From an uncultured Poribacteria bacterium (GTDB lineage Bacteria; Poribacteria; WGA-4E; WGA-3G), in contig CATQHZ020000001.1 of the NCBI GenBank assembly GCA_958296135.2, positions 1,824,001-1,888,000 of the forward strand: a stretch of 64,000 bases of DNA. Direction: 5' to 3'. A program made the position numbers and the translations under genes. Under the pieces are notes generated by a model that did not search any database, was not told the origin of the DNA, and saw only the letters and a list, made by a program, of their open reading frames with translations. Below are positions 9,256 to 19,808 of the stretch, one piece after another (the first letter of the stretch is position 1; each line of letters opens with the position of its first letter).

Positions 9256-9951
9256 CTATCCAGGGATTCCGAAAAAAAGAGAGAAAAAACGATGAAAAAA
9301 AAGCGTTGTGAGAATCTTATAGCCTGCCTTCAGCGTACCGAGAACCGTGCCGCTGATTTTGGAAGTGCCGATGCGCTTTCGGTAACGGACTGGCACCTCA
9401 CAGACTTTTAGTCCCATTTTTGCCGCCTTGATTTGCATCTCTACCGTCCAGCCGAACGTTTTGTCCTGCATATCTAGTGCCAGCAGTTGCGGGTAACGGA
9501 TGGCTCGAAACGGCCCGAGGTCTGTCCAATGAACACCGAAAAACCGCTGCATTAAAAGGCAAGCGAGCCAATTGCCGAACCGTGCTTGCGGTAACAACGC
9601 CCCCTTTGAAGCCACCCGCGTGCCGACGACAAAGTCTGCCTTTCCATCAAGAATCGGTTGGACAAGTCGCGGCATCTCTGTTGGATAGTCACTGTAGTCA
9701 CCGTCAAGAAAGACGACGACATGGGGTTCAGCCACCGCTGCGATGCCCGCGAGACAGGCATAGCCGTAGCCTTTTTGCGGCTCCGTTACAACCTTCGCGC
9801 CATTCCGTTTTGCCACTTCTGCCGTGTTGTCGGTGCATCCGTTGTCAACGACGATAATCTCCTGCACGAGGGTTTTGGGAATATCGCCGATGACGTTGGC
9901 AATGGATGCCTCTTCATTCAGCACGGGAATGATGACAGATATTTTTTTCAT
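9256..9951 (-). CDS. GT2-family glycosyltransferase (DPM1-like)
   Basis: ISVIIPVLNEE, IIVVDNGCTD, GYGYAC, FLDGDYSD, YRKRIGTSKISG. Confidence 0.93.
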   Translation of the reverse strand: MKKISVIIPVLNEEASIANVIGDIPKTLVQEIIVVDNGCTDNTAEVAKRNGAKVVTEPQKGYGYACLAGIAAVAEPHVVVFLDGDYSDYPTEMPRLVQPILDGKADFVVGTRVASKGALLPQARFGNWLACLLMQRFFGVHWTDLGPFRAIRYPQLLALDMQDKTFGWTVEMQIKAAKMGLKVCEVPVRYRKRIGTSKISGTVLGTLKAGYKILTTLFFHRFFSLFFGIPG

Positions 9952-10022
9952 TTGTCGTCTGGCGGGGGACAGGCCTTCGCCCTACCGAAAAAAAGACAGT
10001 TGTTGGGAGAACAACGCGCGTC

Positions 10023-11030
10023 TTACAACTTTGTGGCCGGTTCCTCAACTGTCTCAAGCAGGCGTTGGATAACTGCGTCCGAATCGACTCCCTCTGCCTC
10101 GGCGTGGAAATTGGTTAAGATACGATGCCGTAGCACCGCTGGCGCAACTGATTTGACATCCGTAATGGAGGCGTTGTAGCGTCCCTTCAAGATGGCTCTC
10201 GCTTTCGCGCCTAAGATGAGATATTGTCCCGCGCGGGGCCCCGCGCCCCATCGCACCCACTGCTGAATGAAATCGGGGGCTTTCTCGGCTTTCGGCCGGG
10301 TTGCACGGGCCAGTCTCACGGCATATTGCACGACATTATCTGCTGCAGGGACGCGCCGGACAATTTTATGCAGCGCCAAAATCGCCTCACCGGAGAGCGC
10401 GGTTTCAAGTTCAGGCTCTTCAGCACCTGTTGTTGAGGAGACTATCTCTGTCTCCTCCGCCTCGGTCGGGTAGCTGATGACGACTTTGAACATGAACCGG
10501 TCCAACTGCGCTTCTGGCAAGGGGTACGTTCCTTCCTGCTCGATCGGGTTCTGTGTGGCGAGCACGAAGAAAGGCTGTTCCAGTTGGAATTCGGTGCCGC
10601 CGGCGGTGACGTGATGCTCCTGCATCGCCTCCAAGAGTGCCGCTTGTGTCTTGGGCGGCGTGCGGTTAATTTCATCGGCGAGGAGGATATTCGCGAAGAT
10701 GGGGCCCTGAATGAACCGAATGGTTCGATGCCCCGTCGTCCGGTCTTCCTCTAGCACATCGGTGCCGGTGATGTCGGCAGGCATCAGATCTGGGGTGAAC
10801 TGAATGCGCTTGAATTTCAGGTTCAAGATCTGCGCTAATGTCTTAATCATCAGCGTTTTCGCGAGCCCGGGCACGCCTTCTAGTAGGCAGTGTCCGCCGG
10901 CAAAAAGTGCCATCAACATTTCGTTGATAACCGCCTCTTGCCCGACAATCACTTTTTTGAGTTGCGCCAAGATGAGTTCCTGGCTCTCCATGAGTTCTTC
11001 AATCGCTTGAACTTCTTCTGTTGCTGGCAT
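10023..11030 (-). CDS. moxR: MoxR-family AAA+ ATPase
   Basis: [70 protein letters not shown]. Confidence 0.95.
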   Translation of the reverse strand: MPATEEVQAIEELMESQELILAQLKKVIVGQEAVINEMLMALFAGGHCLLEGVPGLAKTLMIKTLAQILNLKFKRIQFTPDLMPADITGTDVLEEDRTTGHRTIRFIQGPIFANILLADEINRTPPKTQAALLEAMQEHHVTAGGTEFQLEQPFFVLATQNPIEQEGTYPLPEAQLDRFMFKVVISYPTEAEETEIVSSTTGAEEPELETALSGEAILALHKIVRRVPAADNVVQYAVRLARATRPKAEKAPDFIQQWVRWGAGPRAGQYLILGAKARAILKGRYNASITDVKSVAPAVLRHRILTNFHAEAEGVDSDAVIQRLLETVEEPATKL

Positions 11031-11245
11031 TTTTTGTTGTTCCTAGCGGTTGTTCAGCTGCATTTGGGCAGAGAACGTTGACTTATACCAAATTAGATTG
11101 ATTGTCTTGTGTCTGTAGGGCAAGCCTGTCTCGTCTTGTCCTGTTCGGGCTCCCGATGTCACTAACAGCGGCGGGTCGCGAGCCCAAACGACTCAGGTTC
11201 ATTTGGTATTAGCAGGCCGTCTTCACGTTGTGAAGACTTGCATGT
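11031..11245 (+). repeat. Intergenic element family A, copy 3, containing a nested insert of about 125 bp
   Basis: TTCCTAGCGGTTGTTCAGCTGC...GCAGAGAACGTTG matches the copy at 28497; hairpin GTCTTCAC-GTT-GTGAAGAC at ~11219-11237. Confidence 0.75.
11085..11209. mobile_element. Putative small MITE nested in the family-A element
   Basis: Segment absent from the homologous copy at 28497 and bounded by the 9-bp inverted repeat ATACCAAAT...ATTTGGTAT. Confidence 0.4.
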
Positions 11246-11401
11246 CTGGGATTCGGTTAAATAAAGATGGGTCCGGTCCATTTCCAGACCGGAGCCCGGT
11301 TGCAAACCACGCAGAATTGTATTCCGCCTCTTTGAAGTGGGACATACATCAACGCGGGTTCTATCGGAATTTCCGTTCTAGCCCTCTGCGTGGGATAAGA
11401 A

Positions 11402-14287
11402 CTAATTGAGTCTCCTAAGGATGAACCGTTTTGGCCCGCGGTTGGAAGCAATCCGTACCACATCCTTGAGATGCATAATTTGGCTCGGTTCAACCCGTGG
11501 GGTATAGAAACTGACGGTTTGTCGCATCTCCGCCTTCCGCTTGGAATGCGCGTAGGCGAGTTCAATTTCGGCGACATCGGTTTTCAACGTCTGTGCAGCC
11601 GGGACGGTATCGATGACGAACGGTGCATCCGCATGCACGCTGATTTTATCCTCAAATACCAACGCTTTTCCGATGACAGCGGGATGAGTGCGCTGCTCCT
11701 CACTCAGCAGTTCGGCATAAGGGTGCTTAATAAGCGGGAGTTCAAGCACAAATTGGCTGCCGATTGCATACAGATATTCCTCGCATGTCCACGTGAGCGT
11801 CACCTTCAACTCGCGCTTTAATTCATGCAGTCCCGAGATTTTGAATTCCTCAACTTTGGCGCGTTCGTCTAATTCCAACGTTTTATGAAGGAACTCGGCT
11901 TGCTCTTCCTTTGTGCTGAAGCGCGATAACTTACTCCGAAGTTTCGTATTGAAACTCCCCGTAACCTTGAGTTCTTGGCGGACTGTTACGCCCCGGTCTT
12001 TTTTCACCTGCACCCGTGTGTCGACGCGTTTGATGTTAGACGCTGCGTCCAGGACGGGGCTCTTTTGAAAGAGATAGAGCTGGTTGGCTAGCGAGTGCGC
12101 TGACGATTCGTTGCGTCTCCCGGATTCATCGTCACGTTCGAGGAAATCCGGGTTGATAATGAGCGTCCATCTATCCTGGTCGTTCGCTGGAAAATCGCCG
12201 AAGGCGCAGGTTTCGGCGGTTGCGTCCAGCCAGAGGAATTCGTCATCTTTTTCACCCTCAACGGCGAGGATCATGTGATTGAAATAGGCCAACGAGGGGA
12301 TTTCTTTGACAATTTCACGTGAATCGCCGGCAGAGATGAGGACGGGATATGAGGCGATACCGGCGTGCTTCAGCATCGTAGAGAGCAGCGTCGTTTTATC
12401 CTTGCAATCCCCCCTGCCCTCCTTCAAAACGGCTGCGGCGGGATAGGGTTTAATGGCCCAAATTCCGAGTTCAAATCCGAGGTACCGGATTTGCGTGGCG
12501 ACGTATTCGTAAAGTCGTCGGATCTTTTCCCGTCTGCTCCATGCGCCCCGGAGGAGTTCCTCAGTCTTCGCCTCAATGTCAGGGGTAATCGTATCCTGTT
12601 CGCGAATGAGGGTTGCATACCACGTCACTAGTTTATCCCAAGACGCTAGTGAAGAGATGCTGATGTTGTACGCCAGATCTTGCGGCGCGGGCATGAGGTA
12701 TTCCTCTGTCAAGGGTGGCACATCGTGTGCTTTAAATGTATAGGTGCGCGTGTAATTGTTCTCCGTAAGCGTTGGCTCTATCGCAGTACCCTCCACCTGT
12801 CCCTTCACAACATAGTGGAGCTCTTTTTTCTTTGGAATGTGCGCGCGGAACCGATAGGACAGCACTGGTACCGAGGTCTGGAAATAGACCTGCCGCCAAA
12901 ATTCGCCCTGCATGACATGCCCCAGATTATTCGTTGAGTAAGCGTAATCGATGATGCATCCTGGGGTGAGTTCGGGCATTGTGAAATACATCAAGCGTGC
13001 ATCCACGTATAACCCAGCTTCAACAGCACTTGGCGGCGGGATGTCCCGGAGAATCTCGGCGGGATTCAGTTTGATGATTTCCCCATCAGGCGTAAGCGTT
13101 CTGGCGTGATGAATGGTGACATCATCTCGGCCGCGCATATACGGAATGCTGATTTCGCCGAGGCCGTATCCGTTCTCATTGAAAATTCTGACAATTCGGC
13201 GGGTGGAATAGATATGCTTACTGGCCTCATCAATGTCCACTTCGACGGCTTCCCACAGCACGACTGCGCCAGCATCAGGATAATCTTCCGCCTCTGGCAT
13301 GTTTTGAATAGCGGTTTGGATTGCGTCTTCGTCTGCTTCGCTGATAAAATCATAGGGGATAGATGAAGCGTCTTTTGCTCCGCTGCTATTCCCTGGCCTG
13401 CGGTTGTGCGCGTGGTTCTGACTGTCCAAGAGTAAGGAGCCGCGTCCTTCTTCCATCGCGTCTGCGAGCTCTGTCGGTTCGTCTTGCACCGGTAAAGGCG
13501 AACGCCGTTTGCCTAGGAACGTCTCCGCTGCAAGTGCGCCTTCACCCTTATCTTCCAAATCTTTTCGTGACGCGTTTCTGTCGCCGTTATCGTCCAGATG
13601 CGGATGTTCGGATTGAACAGAACCGTCATTTTCATACCACGCCTTGGTTTGTTCCTGCAGCCATAAAAACGCCTCTAACAGCGAGACGGCACCGTCGCTG
13701 TTTGTATCGGCAGTGGCAGTAGAGAATGCATCGACCAGGGCATCGCCAAATCCGGCTTGTAGCGAGTATCCCTCATTCCGTGAGCTTGAGGTGAGAATTA
13801 TCGTTTCCGGTGCGCTGACGCGCGGCACAAACCTCGCGCTGTAAGGGAACCCGAAGATTAAAATCTTTTGCGCCGCAGGAATGCGGTTGATGCTATCGGC
13901 GTATTCGGTTTCGCTAATATCGCGGCCCGGCAGGTTAAATTTTAACCCCTGGCTGGAACGGGAAGCGTGTCCCATCATGAAAAGCAAAAACCGGTCTGGC
14001 GGTTGCATCTTCTCTGCGAGTTGCGCGAACGCCGCTAAAATCGGTTCCCGTTTTGCTGCTGCATCGACGAGCCCCGGGATATCCCCCTCATCTTCAAAAA
14101 GGAAGGTGATTTGCTCGGGGGAATAGCCGTATTCGTCGGCGAGCAGTTGGTGAAATCGGGAGGTGGCACTCCAGAATGCATCGTAGAACGATTTTTCACC
14201 GCCGACACCACCGATGATGAGAGCGTAGTCCGCTCCAAAACCCATCGTGGGCATTAAGAGAACAACAAGTAGCGCGAGCATTTTCAT
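11402..14287 (-). CDS. Secreted fusion protein: caspase/C13-fold-like N-terminal domain + DUF3857 + transglutaminase-like domain
   Basis: Signal peptide MKMLALLVVLLMPTMGFG (ATG 14287; the ORF-track start at 14560 runs through a repeat). YALIIGGVGG...LLFMMGHAS...FNLPGRD...EHPHLDDNGD. Transglutaminase triad in GDCKDK / FNHMI / WLDAT. Confidence 0.8.
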   Translation of the reverse strand: MKMLALLVVLLMPTMGFGADYALIIGGVGGEKSFYDAFWSATSRFHQLLADEYGYSPEQITFLFEDEGDIPGLVDAAAKREPILAAFAQLAEKMQPPDRFLLFMMGHASRSSQGLKFNLPGRDISETEYADSINRIPAAQKILIFGFPYSARFVPRVSAPETIILTSSSRNEGYSLQAGFGDALVDAFSTATADTNSDGAVSLLEAFLWLQEQTKAWYENDGSVQSEHPHLDDNGDRNASRKDLEDKGEGALAAETFLGKRRSPLPVQDEPTELADAMEEGRGSLLLDSQNHAHNRRPGNSSGAKDASSIPYDFISEADEDAIQTAIQNMPEAEDYPDAGAVVLWEAVEVDIDEASKHIYSTRRIVRIFNENGYGLGEISIPYMRGRDDVTIHHARTLTPDGEIIKLNPAEILRDIPPPSAVEAGLYVDARLMYFTMPELTPGCIIDYAYSTNNLGHVMQGEFWRQVYFQTSVPVLSYRFRAHIPKKKELHYVVKGQVEGTAIEPTLTENNYTRTYTFKAHDVPPLTEEYLMPAPQDLAYNISISSLASWDKLVTWYATLIREQDTITPDIEAKTEELLRGAWSRREKIRRLYEYVATQIRYLGFELGIWAIKPYPAAAVLKEGRGDCKDKTTLLSTMLKHAGIASYPVLISAGDSREIVKEIPSLAYFNHMILAVEGEKDDEFLWLDATAETCAFGDFPANDQDRWTLIINPDFLERDDESGRRNESSAHSLANQLYLFQKSPVLDAASNIKRVDTRVQVKKDRGVTVRQELKVTGSFNTKLRSKLSRFSTKEEQAEFLHKTLELDERAKVEEFKISGLHELKRELKVTLTWTCEEYLYAIGSQFVLELPLIKHPYAELLSEEQRTHPAVIGKALVFEDKISVHADAPFVIDTVPAAQTLKTDVAEIELAYAHSKRKAEMRQTVSFYTPRVEPSQIMHLKDVVRIASNRGPKRFILRRLN

Positions 14288-14459
14288 GGTTCTCAGTGCG
14301 GCGTTCAACTGCCACTTGACTAAGCCTACTGATTTATCAGGCTGCATTCGCGGTTGGCGAATGCTTATCTCCCTTGGCACATACAATTTTACCATTTTTC
14401 GTCTCCCACTTTTCGCTGGTAAAAGAAAGAACCCATTCCGATGAAACACCGAATGAAGA

Positions 14460-14708
14460 TTAAGAAAATAACCAGGTCTTCCCGGCGAGCGAATATAGAA
14501 ATCCGCCCTTACACTCATCGCACTCCTTGGCCAGAAGCTGCAAGGCAACGTTCCCGGCACAATAGCAGTTAAACCACCGCATAGGGACTAATTCTCCCTT
14601 AACGTATTCATAACCGTCAACGTCGCTTGCCAGAAATTCCTCCAGCGTCATCCTGACGTTTTCGGGGAGGATTCCCTCTGGCGTGAGTTGCTGATGTGCT
14701 AGAGCCAT
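14460..14708 (-). pseudogene. 5' fragment of a Uma2-family gene, truncated next to repeat sequence
   Basis: MTLEEFLASDVDGYEYVKGELVPM matches the N-terminus of the intact Uma2 at 39695-40264 (MTLEEFLESGLEGYEYLKGEVVQM). Homology stops at ~14580; a family-B palindrome follows at 14486-14512. Confidence 0.75.
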
Positions 14709-14711
14709 CTC

Positions 14712-15182
14712 TTATTCCTCCGCAAAATCGCTTTTTCCACCCGTTTTTTTGACTAACCGAATGTCGGAGATACGCATCCCCCGGTCTGCCGATTTGCACA
14801 TATCGTAGACGGTGAGGCCTGCTACTGACACCGCGGTGAGTGCCTCCATTTCTACGCCGGTTCGTCCGACGGTTTGGACTTCCGCCTCAATCTCAATTTT
14901 CTCATCCACAATTGCTAGTGCGACACGGACAGAAGTGAGTGCGAGGGGATGGCACAACGGGATGAGCTCACCGGTGCGTTTGGCCGCCATGATGCCGGCC
15001 AAACGCGCTACCTCCAAGACATCGCCCTTTTTGATGCGCTGCGCCGCGATGAGTTGGAGCGTCTCGGGTTTGGCAGTCACATGTCCTTGTGCGATGGCGA
15101 TGCGCAACGTCTCGGGTTTCTCACCGACGTTTACCATTCGCGCGGCACCTTTCTCGTCAAAATGCGTGAATTTTTCTGTCAT
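14712..15182 (-). CDS. moaC: Cyclic pyranopterin monophosphate synthase MoaC
   Basis: [62 protein letters not shown]. Confidence 0.96.
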   Translation of the reverse strand: MTEKFTHFDEKGAARMVNVGEKPETLRIAIAQGHVTAKPETLQLIAAQRIKKGDVLEVARLAGIMAAKRTGELIPLCHPLALTSVRVALAIVDEKIEIEAEVQTVGRTGVEMEALTAVSVAGLTVYDMCKSADRGMRISDIRLVKKTGGKSDFAEE

Positions 15183-15247
15183 TTGTATGCGTTCGGCGGA
15201 CATCTCCTGAATAAAGAACGTCCACTTCCCAAGTCGTCTTGGCGATA

Positions 15248-16894
15248 TCAAGATTTACGTTTGATGATTCTCTCATAGGCCTGGCGAAACCGTTGGAGGT
15301 ATTCGCCTTCGCCGTGATATGCGGCGACATCCGCAGGCTTTGGATGAATCGGTTCGCCGCGCTTCAAGACAGCCGCGCTGAACGTCTCCATGTCAAAGGC
15401 CTCATCGTTATCGTCACAATACGCTTTCGCACCGGCGACAGCGGCTCCGAGTGCCGCGCCGCCTTTTTCTACAGGAACAGCGGTTCTGTTCCAAATACCT
15501 GCAACACGCCGCATAATTTCGGGGCTCTCTGTGGCACCACCTGTCACAAACAACGGTGCCTGCGTTTCCTTCGCAAACACTTGTGAATACACATAAACGG
15601 CGGCGAGGCTCGTCTCTACAACGCCTGCGTAGTCACCGGCCAGCGTGGCAGATTCGGGCTCAGACGAACTTGAACGATAGCGAATGATGTCAAAGGCTGG
15701 CGAGACAGGAAACGACTCGGTTTTCGGTTGCCAGAACGTCATAAAGTGTCCGGGTGAAGTCTCACGCAGCGCAGCTTCTGCGGGTGCATAGCCCTCTTTT
15801 GCCAATCCGTAGCGGCTTCGGACAGCATCCCATACCATCGCGCCGTTGGTACGGCAGCCAAACATAAACGGCCGGCAGACCCCGTCATACATCGCATTGG
15901 CAAATCCTTCTGGATCCAACGTATCCCCATCCGTGGATACCATGTTCACGAAGCTGGTGCCGAGGCTGAGCAAATCTCCCGAGACAGGTACTTTCGCTTG
16001 CGGATTATCGCCTGAGCCAACTACCACGCTGCACCTCGGATCGAAGTCGTATTTATCAATAAAATACTGTGCAATCCGCCCGATAACAGTGTCAGATGGC
16101 ATCAGCATCGGCAACTTCTGGCGGAATGCTGCCACGCCGCCGGGTAACCCATCTGCTGTTGCAGCAAGCAACTCTGCATCCCATTCTTTGCTGCGATAGT
16201 TCATCAGGGACATCCCACACGCGTTGCCGTAGTCAATCGGCACAAGGCTGTTTCCGGTGAGAACCGCGGGGATAAAACTGCTAATCAGTTGGATGTTCAG
16301 TGTCTCTTCGTAGTGGCCGGGGAATTGCTCGGCGACGCGCCGCATCACAGCCCCCGTGAATCGGAGTGGCGTATCGGAACCGGAGAGCTCAATCATCCGC
16401 GCTTTGCCGCCGACTTTCTCCCGGACGTGGTTGGTTTGCTCCACCGTGTTAGCCGTCATCCAGATGGGCGCGGTAGGGTAAGCAAAACATCTATCCAACC
16501 GAGTCTTTAGCCCTGCTTTAGAACAATCAGATTCGTGCAACTCAAGGAAGAGCCCTGCAGCGTTTTTATCAAGATAGACGTGCCCATGCTGTTGTCCAGA
16601 CGTGTTGATGACAACGACATCCTCTAATGGCACTCCTTCGATGCGCATATCCGTGAACAGCGCATCAAGCGACGCGAGATACATCAGCGGCGGCTGCTCT
16701 GCTTCGCCTTCCTCCTGCGGCGGCAGGATATAGTCCTCACCGATGCCGAATTCGTTAAGCCGGTTATCGGCGCGATAGTCCAGCGAATATTCAAAACACT
16801 TCTCTGCTGTGTCTATATCAATGATGATGGCAGAGAGGCTCTGCGTGCTAGAATCCAAGCCGAGGGCAAGTCTTGGTTCTTTGGTGTCACTCAT
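15248..16894 (-). CDS. FGGY-family carbohydrate kinase, xylulokinase-like
   Basis: [27 protein letters not shown] and VTGGA motifs. Confidence 0.85.
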   Translation of the reverse strand: MSDTKEPRLALGLDSSTQSLSAIIIDIDTAEKCFEYSLDYRADNRLNEFGIGEDYILPPQEEGEAEQPPLMYLASLDALFTDMRIEGVPLEDVVVINTSGQQHGHVYLDKNAAGLFLELHESDCSKAGLKTRLDRCFAYPTAPIWMTANTVEQTNHVREKVGGKARMIELSGSDTPLRFTGAVMRRVAEQFPGHYEETLNIQLISSFIPAVLTGNSLVPIDYGNACGMSLMNYRSKEWDAELLAATADGLPGGVAAFRQKLPMLMPSDTVIGRIAQYFIDKYDFDPRCSVVVGSGDNPQAKVPVSGDLLSLGTSFVNMVSTDGDTLDPEGFANAMYDGVCRPFMFGCRTNGAMVWDAVRSRYGLAKEGYAPAEAALRETSPGHFMTFWQPKTESFPVSPAFDIIRYRSSSSEPESATLAGDYAGVVETSLAAVYVYSQVFAKETQAPLFVTGGATESPEIMRRVAGIWNRTAVPVEKGGAALGAAVAGAKAYCDDNDEAFDMETFSAAVLKRGEPIHPKPADVAAYHGEGEYLQRFRQAYERIIKRKS

Positions 16895-16897
16895 GAA

Positions 16898-17848
16898 TCA
16901 ATTCCCCGGATATGCGCGGTTATCCAATTCCGCGACAAATTTTTCAGAGGCGATGGCTGCCGCTGCGCCTGCGCCTGCCGCCGTGATGGCTTGCCGAAAC
17001 ACCTGGTCATGCACATCACCAGCCGCAAAAACGCCCTCTATATTGGTGCGCTGCAGGCTGTCTACGATGATATAGCCCTGTTCATCCATCTCAATGATGT
17101 CAGTAAAGAGTTCCGTGTTCGGGATGTGCCCGATGAAGATAAACACACCGTCGATCGGAAAAAGTCCCATTTCGCCAGTCTTGACGTTTTTGAGTTTCGC
17201 GCCGGTTACCTTTTCGGCATCGCCGCAAATTTCTTCGACGACGGTATCCCAGATAAACCGGATCTTGTCGTTTTTGAAGGCGCGTTCCTGCATAATCTGG
17301 CTCGCGCGGAGCTGGTCCCGGCGGTGGACGATGTACACCTCGGTGGCGTATTTGGTTAAGAAGATGCCTTCCTCAATTGCTGCGTCTCCGCCGCCGACGA
17401 CAATGAGCCGCTGGTTCTGGAAGAAGAACCCATCGCAGGTGGCGCAGTAAGATACGCCGCGGCCGCCGTATGCCGCTTCACCCGGAACGTTGAGCGTGCG
17501 CGGTGAAGCACCAGTGCAGACAATCACCGATTTGGCGTGATAGGTTTTCTCGTAAGTATCAACGACAAGCGGCTGTCGTGTGAAGTCTACTGCGGTGACG
17601 GTATCAAACAGGACTTCGGTTCCGAACTGTTCGGCTTGCGCCTGCATGCCTTGGATGAAGACAGCGGCTTCGCTGCCGAAGAAGCCCGGGTAATTCTCAA
17701 GGTCGAGCGTCAGCGAGAGCTGCCCACCAAGGGCATCGCCGGTAATCAAGACCGGCTCCAACATGGCGCGGGAAGTATAGACACCCGCGGCAAACCCGGC
17801 AGTGCCGCCGCCAATGATGACAATGTTTCGTTTTTCTGTTGTTCGCAA
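16898..17848 (-). CDS. trxB: Thioredoxin-disulfide reductase
   Basis: IIGGGTAG, GGQL, GRGVSYCATCDG, VGGGDAAIEEG, FAAGDV, RQAITAAG. Confidence 0.96.
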   Translation of the reverse strand: MRTTEKRNIVIIGGGTAGFAAGVYTSRAMLEPVLITGDALGGQLSLTLDLENYPGFFGSEAAVFIQGMQAQAEQFGTEVLFDTVTAVDFTRQPLVVDTYEKTYHAKSVIVCTGASPRTLNVPGEAAYGGRGVSYCATCDGFFFQNQRLIVVGGGDAAIEEGIFLTKYATEVYIVHRRDQLRASQIMQERAFKNDKIRFIWDTVVEEICGDAEKVTGAKLKNVKTGEMGLFPIDGVFIFIGHIPNTELFTDIIEMDEQGYIIVDSLQRTNIEGVFAAGDVHDQVFRQAITAAGAGAAAAIASEKFVAELDNRAYPGN

Positions 17849-17930
17849 GGCGTTGTTCAGCTCCTCTTTTCGTTTGTGGGTTGTCTTGTCAAGTCTTGCA
17901 TTTCTGTTCCGGCGGAGGACAGCCCCCGGA

Positions 17931-18770
17931 CTACGGCATCAAGCGAGGGATTCCGTTGATAATCGGATAATTCCGCGCACAAGTTTTGCAGTGGAGGTTC
18001 TCCTCTGTCCAAATAATTTCGCCCTTGCACTGCGGACATACGAGAATCTCCCGGAGCGTTTTCGCGGGCGAGCCTCGCGCTCGGAAGAGCACCCCTACCA
18101 CAGTTTTCACACGGGCAAGGATACCGCTTGGGACCGCGTTTTTGAGGAGCGGCAGATGTCTCCTCAGCCAGTGGCTCAGCATCGAAACATTGTTATGCTG
18201 CATCGTTAACGCCGCGAGCGTTTCCGGACATTCTAGGTTAAGCGGCGACTTTCCCTGCGGGAGTATCTCGTAGTCAATCTCGTCTTCCCACTCGTATTGG
18301 ACGAGGAAAAGGTGATGATGCGTGAGATGAAACCGCTGCCACAACTTATCCCCTGCGGCCAAGGCGTGAAACAATTGCCCGAATTTCGATGCGTCTTCTT
18401 TTTTTTGCAAAAGGAGCCGGCCATTAACTTTGTTGACTACCCATTGGTGGTAAGGCCATCCATAAATGCGTTCGGCGATTTCAGACGGCGTTTCAATGTA
18501 ACCGCGCTTGGCAACCCGCATCAATTCGGAGATGAGCAGCGTGGGCTCTTCCACATGTTCAAGCACATGCGAACAGATAACATAGTCAAACGCGCCATCT
18601 GCGAAGGGGAGATACTGGCCATCCGCCGCAACGAGGGGCCGGTCTGCGACGATGCCGCCGCCACGCTGTTCGTCGTCTTCTATGAATTTGTCGCACAAGA
18701 CATCTGCGTGGGGCTTCGGATTATGACCGCTCCCTATCTCTAGGACAAAATCACCAGGCTGAATGTTCAT
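17931..18770 (-). CDS. Class I SAM-dependent methyltransferase with C-terminal Trm112-like domain
   Basis: VLEIGSG, LPFADGAFDYVICSHVLEHV; C-terminal LVCPQCKG...CKTC..YPIINGIPRL. Confidence 0.85.
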   Translation of the reverse strand: MNIQPGDFVLEIGSGHNPKPHADVLCDKFIEDDEQRGGGIVADRPLVAADGQYLPFADGAFDYVICSHVLEHVEEPTLLISELMRVAKRGYIETPSEIAERIYGWPYHQWVVNKVNGRLLLQKKEDASKFGQLFHALAAGDKLWQRFHLTHHHLFLVQYEWEDEIDYEILPQGKSPLNLECPETLAALTMQHNNVSMLSHWLRRHLPLLKNAVPSGILARVKTVVGVLFRARGSPAKTLREILVCPQCKGEIIWTEENLHCKTCARNYPIINGIPRLMP

Positions 18771-18865
18771 TTTTTGTCTTTCGCAATGCGTTCGGTGTGC
18801 ATCACTTGCGCAGAGGGCATTGACTTACCAGGCCATTTTAGCGTTGTCAAGCCTGGCATCCCTGG

Positions 18866-19720
18866 TTATTTCTGAACAATCATGCTGATATAGGGGCTCA
18901 GATAAGGAAACGCCGTAGCGACGATGCCGCCCTTGAGTCCAAATCCGACACACCTTTTGACGATTTGAAGCCCGTTCGCTCGGAAAAATTGTGCAAGATC
19001 TATCGGGCACGCGTAGTAGGCACTGTCTGAATCGCCGCCGATGGCATCCGCCTGCAAATCCGGATGGCGATATAGGAATTGCGGTGCCTGTCTTGCGAAC
19101 CGCTTCTCCACAGAGAGTCGGCAATTCTTCACGAACTGTCCCCATGCCTGCCGTTTGGTTTCGCCCCAAACCGGTCTGCCCTGTTTCCCAACGATGAGCC
19201 CGAGCCAGTCAAGCAGCGGCGTTAAGGGTGAGCAGAGATTCGGGCCTGACAGCACAATCCGGCCGCCTTTTCGCGTCACCCGCATCATTTCAGAGAGCGC
19301 GGTTTCAACGTCAGGCAGATGCTCAATCAGTTCGTTTGAGCAAACAACGTCAAACGCCTCCGTTTCAAACGGCATTTCCAGCACATCGCAGACTTGGTAT
19401 CGCAACTGCTGATTTTCCCATCCCCGTGCCTCTTGTAAGAAGAGCGGGGAAATGTCGGTGCCGACAACGTCGTGTCCTGCCTGACTGAGGAGCTGCGCGG
19501 AGATGCCGTTCCCGCAACCCAGGTCGAGGATTTTGGAATTCGGTGGCGTGTGACAGATTACCAATTCCACGTAGTGTCGGAGGTAGCCCTCGTCGTGTGC
19601 AGCGAGGAGAGCTTTATACGCCACTGACGTTTCGTAGAACTTGCGCATCTGCTCCCGGACTTGCCCGGTGGGCGCGCGTGCCAGCAGCGATGAAGTCTCT
19701 GATGCGGAGGTTCCCATCAT
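18866..19720 (-). CDS. Class I SAM-dependent methyltransferase
   Basis: KILDLGCGNG, GTDIS, PFETEAFDVV, EHLPD, RKGGRI. Confidence 0.88.
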   Translation of the reverse strand: MMGTSASETSSLLARAPTGQVREQMRKFYETSVAYKALLAAHDEGYLRHYVELVICHTPPNSKILDLGCGNGISAQLLSQAGHDVVGTDISPLFLQEARGWENQQLRYQVCDVLEMPFETEAFDVVCSNELIEHLPDVETALSEMMRVTRKGGRIVLSGPNLCSPLTPLLDWLGLIVGKQGRPVWGETKRQAWGQFVKNCRLSVEKRFARQAPQFLYRHPDLQADAIGGDSDSAYYACPIDLAQFFRANGLQIVKRCVGFGLKGGIVATAFPYLSPYISMIVQK

Positions 19721-19808
19721 TTTTTCTCTTTCACAAGTCGTTATGCTGTATCCGCTGGTGTTTCAGCACCAGTGGTGCTGTTATCACGCTTTGCGTCATA
19801 CAGAAAAT

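Noticed and set aside
10225-10250. GC-rich palindrome-like sequence inside moxR resembling family C
   Set aside because: It encodes WGAGPRAG, a conserved MoxR motif, so it is not an insertion.
14288-14560. ORF-track N-terminal extension of the transglutaminase gene (similar extensions for moaC, the PorV-like gene, the Gfo/Idh/MocA gene at 44354 and the GMC gene)
   Set aside because: The extensions run through repeats or neighbouring genes and precede clearer signal peptides or RBS-supported starts.
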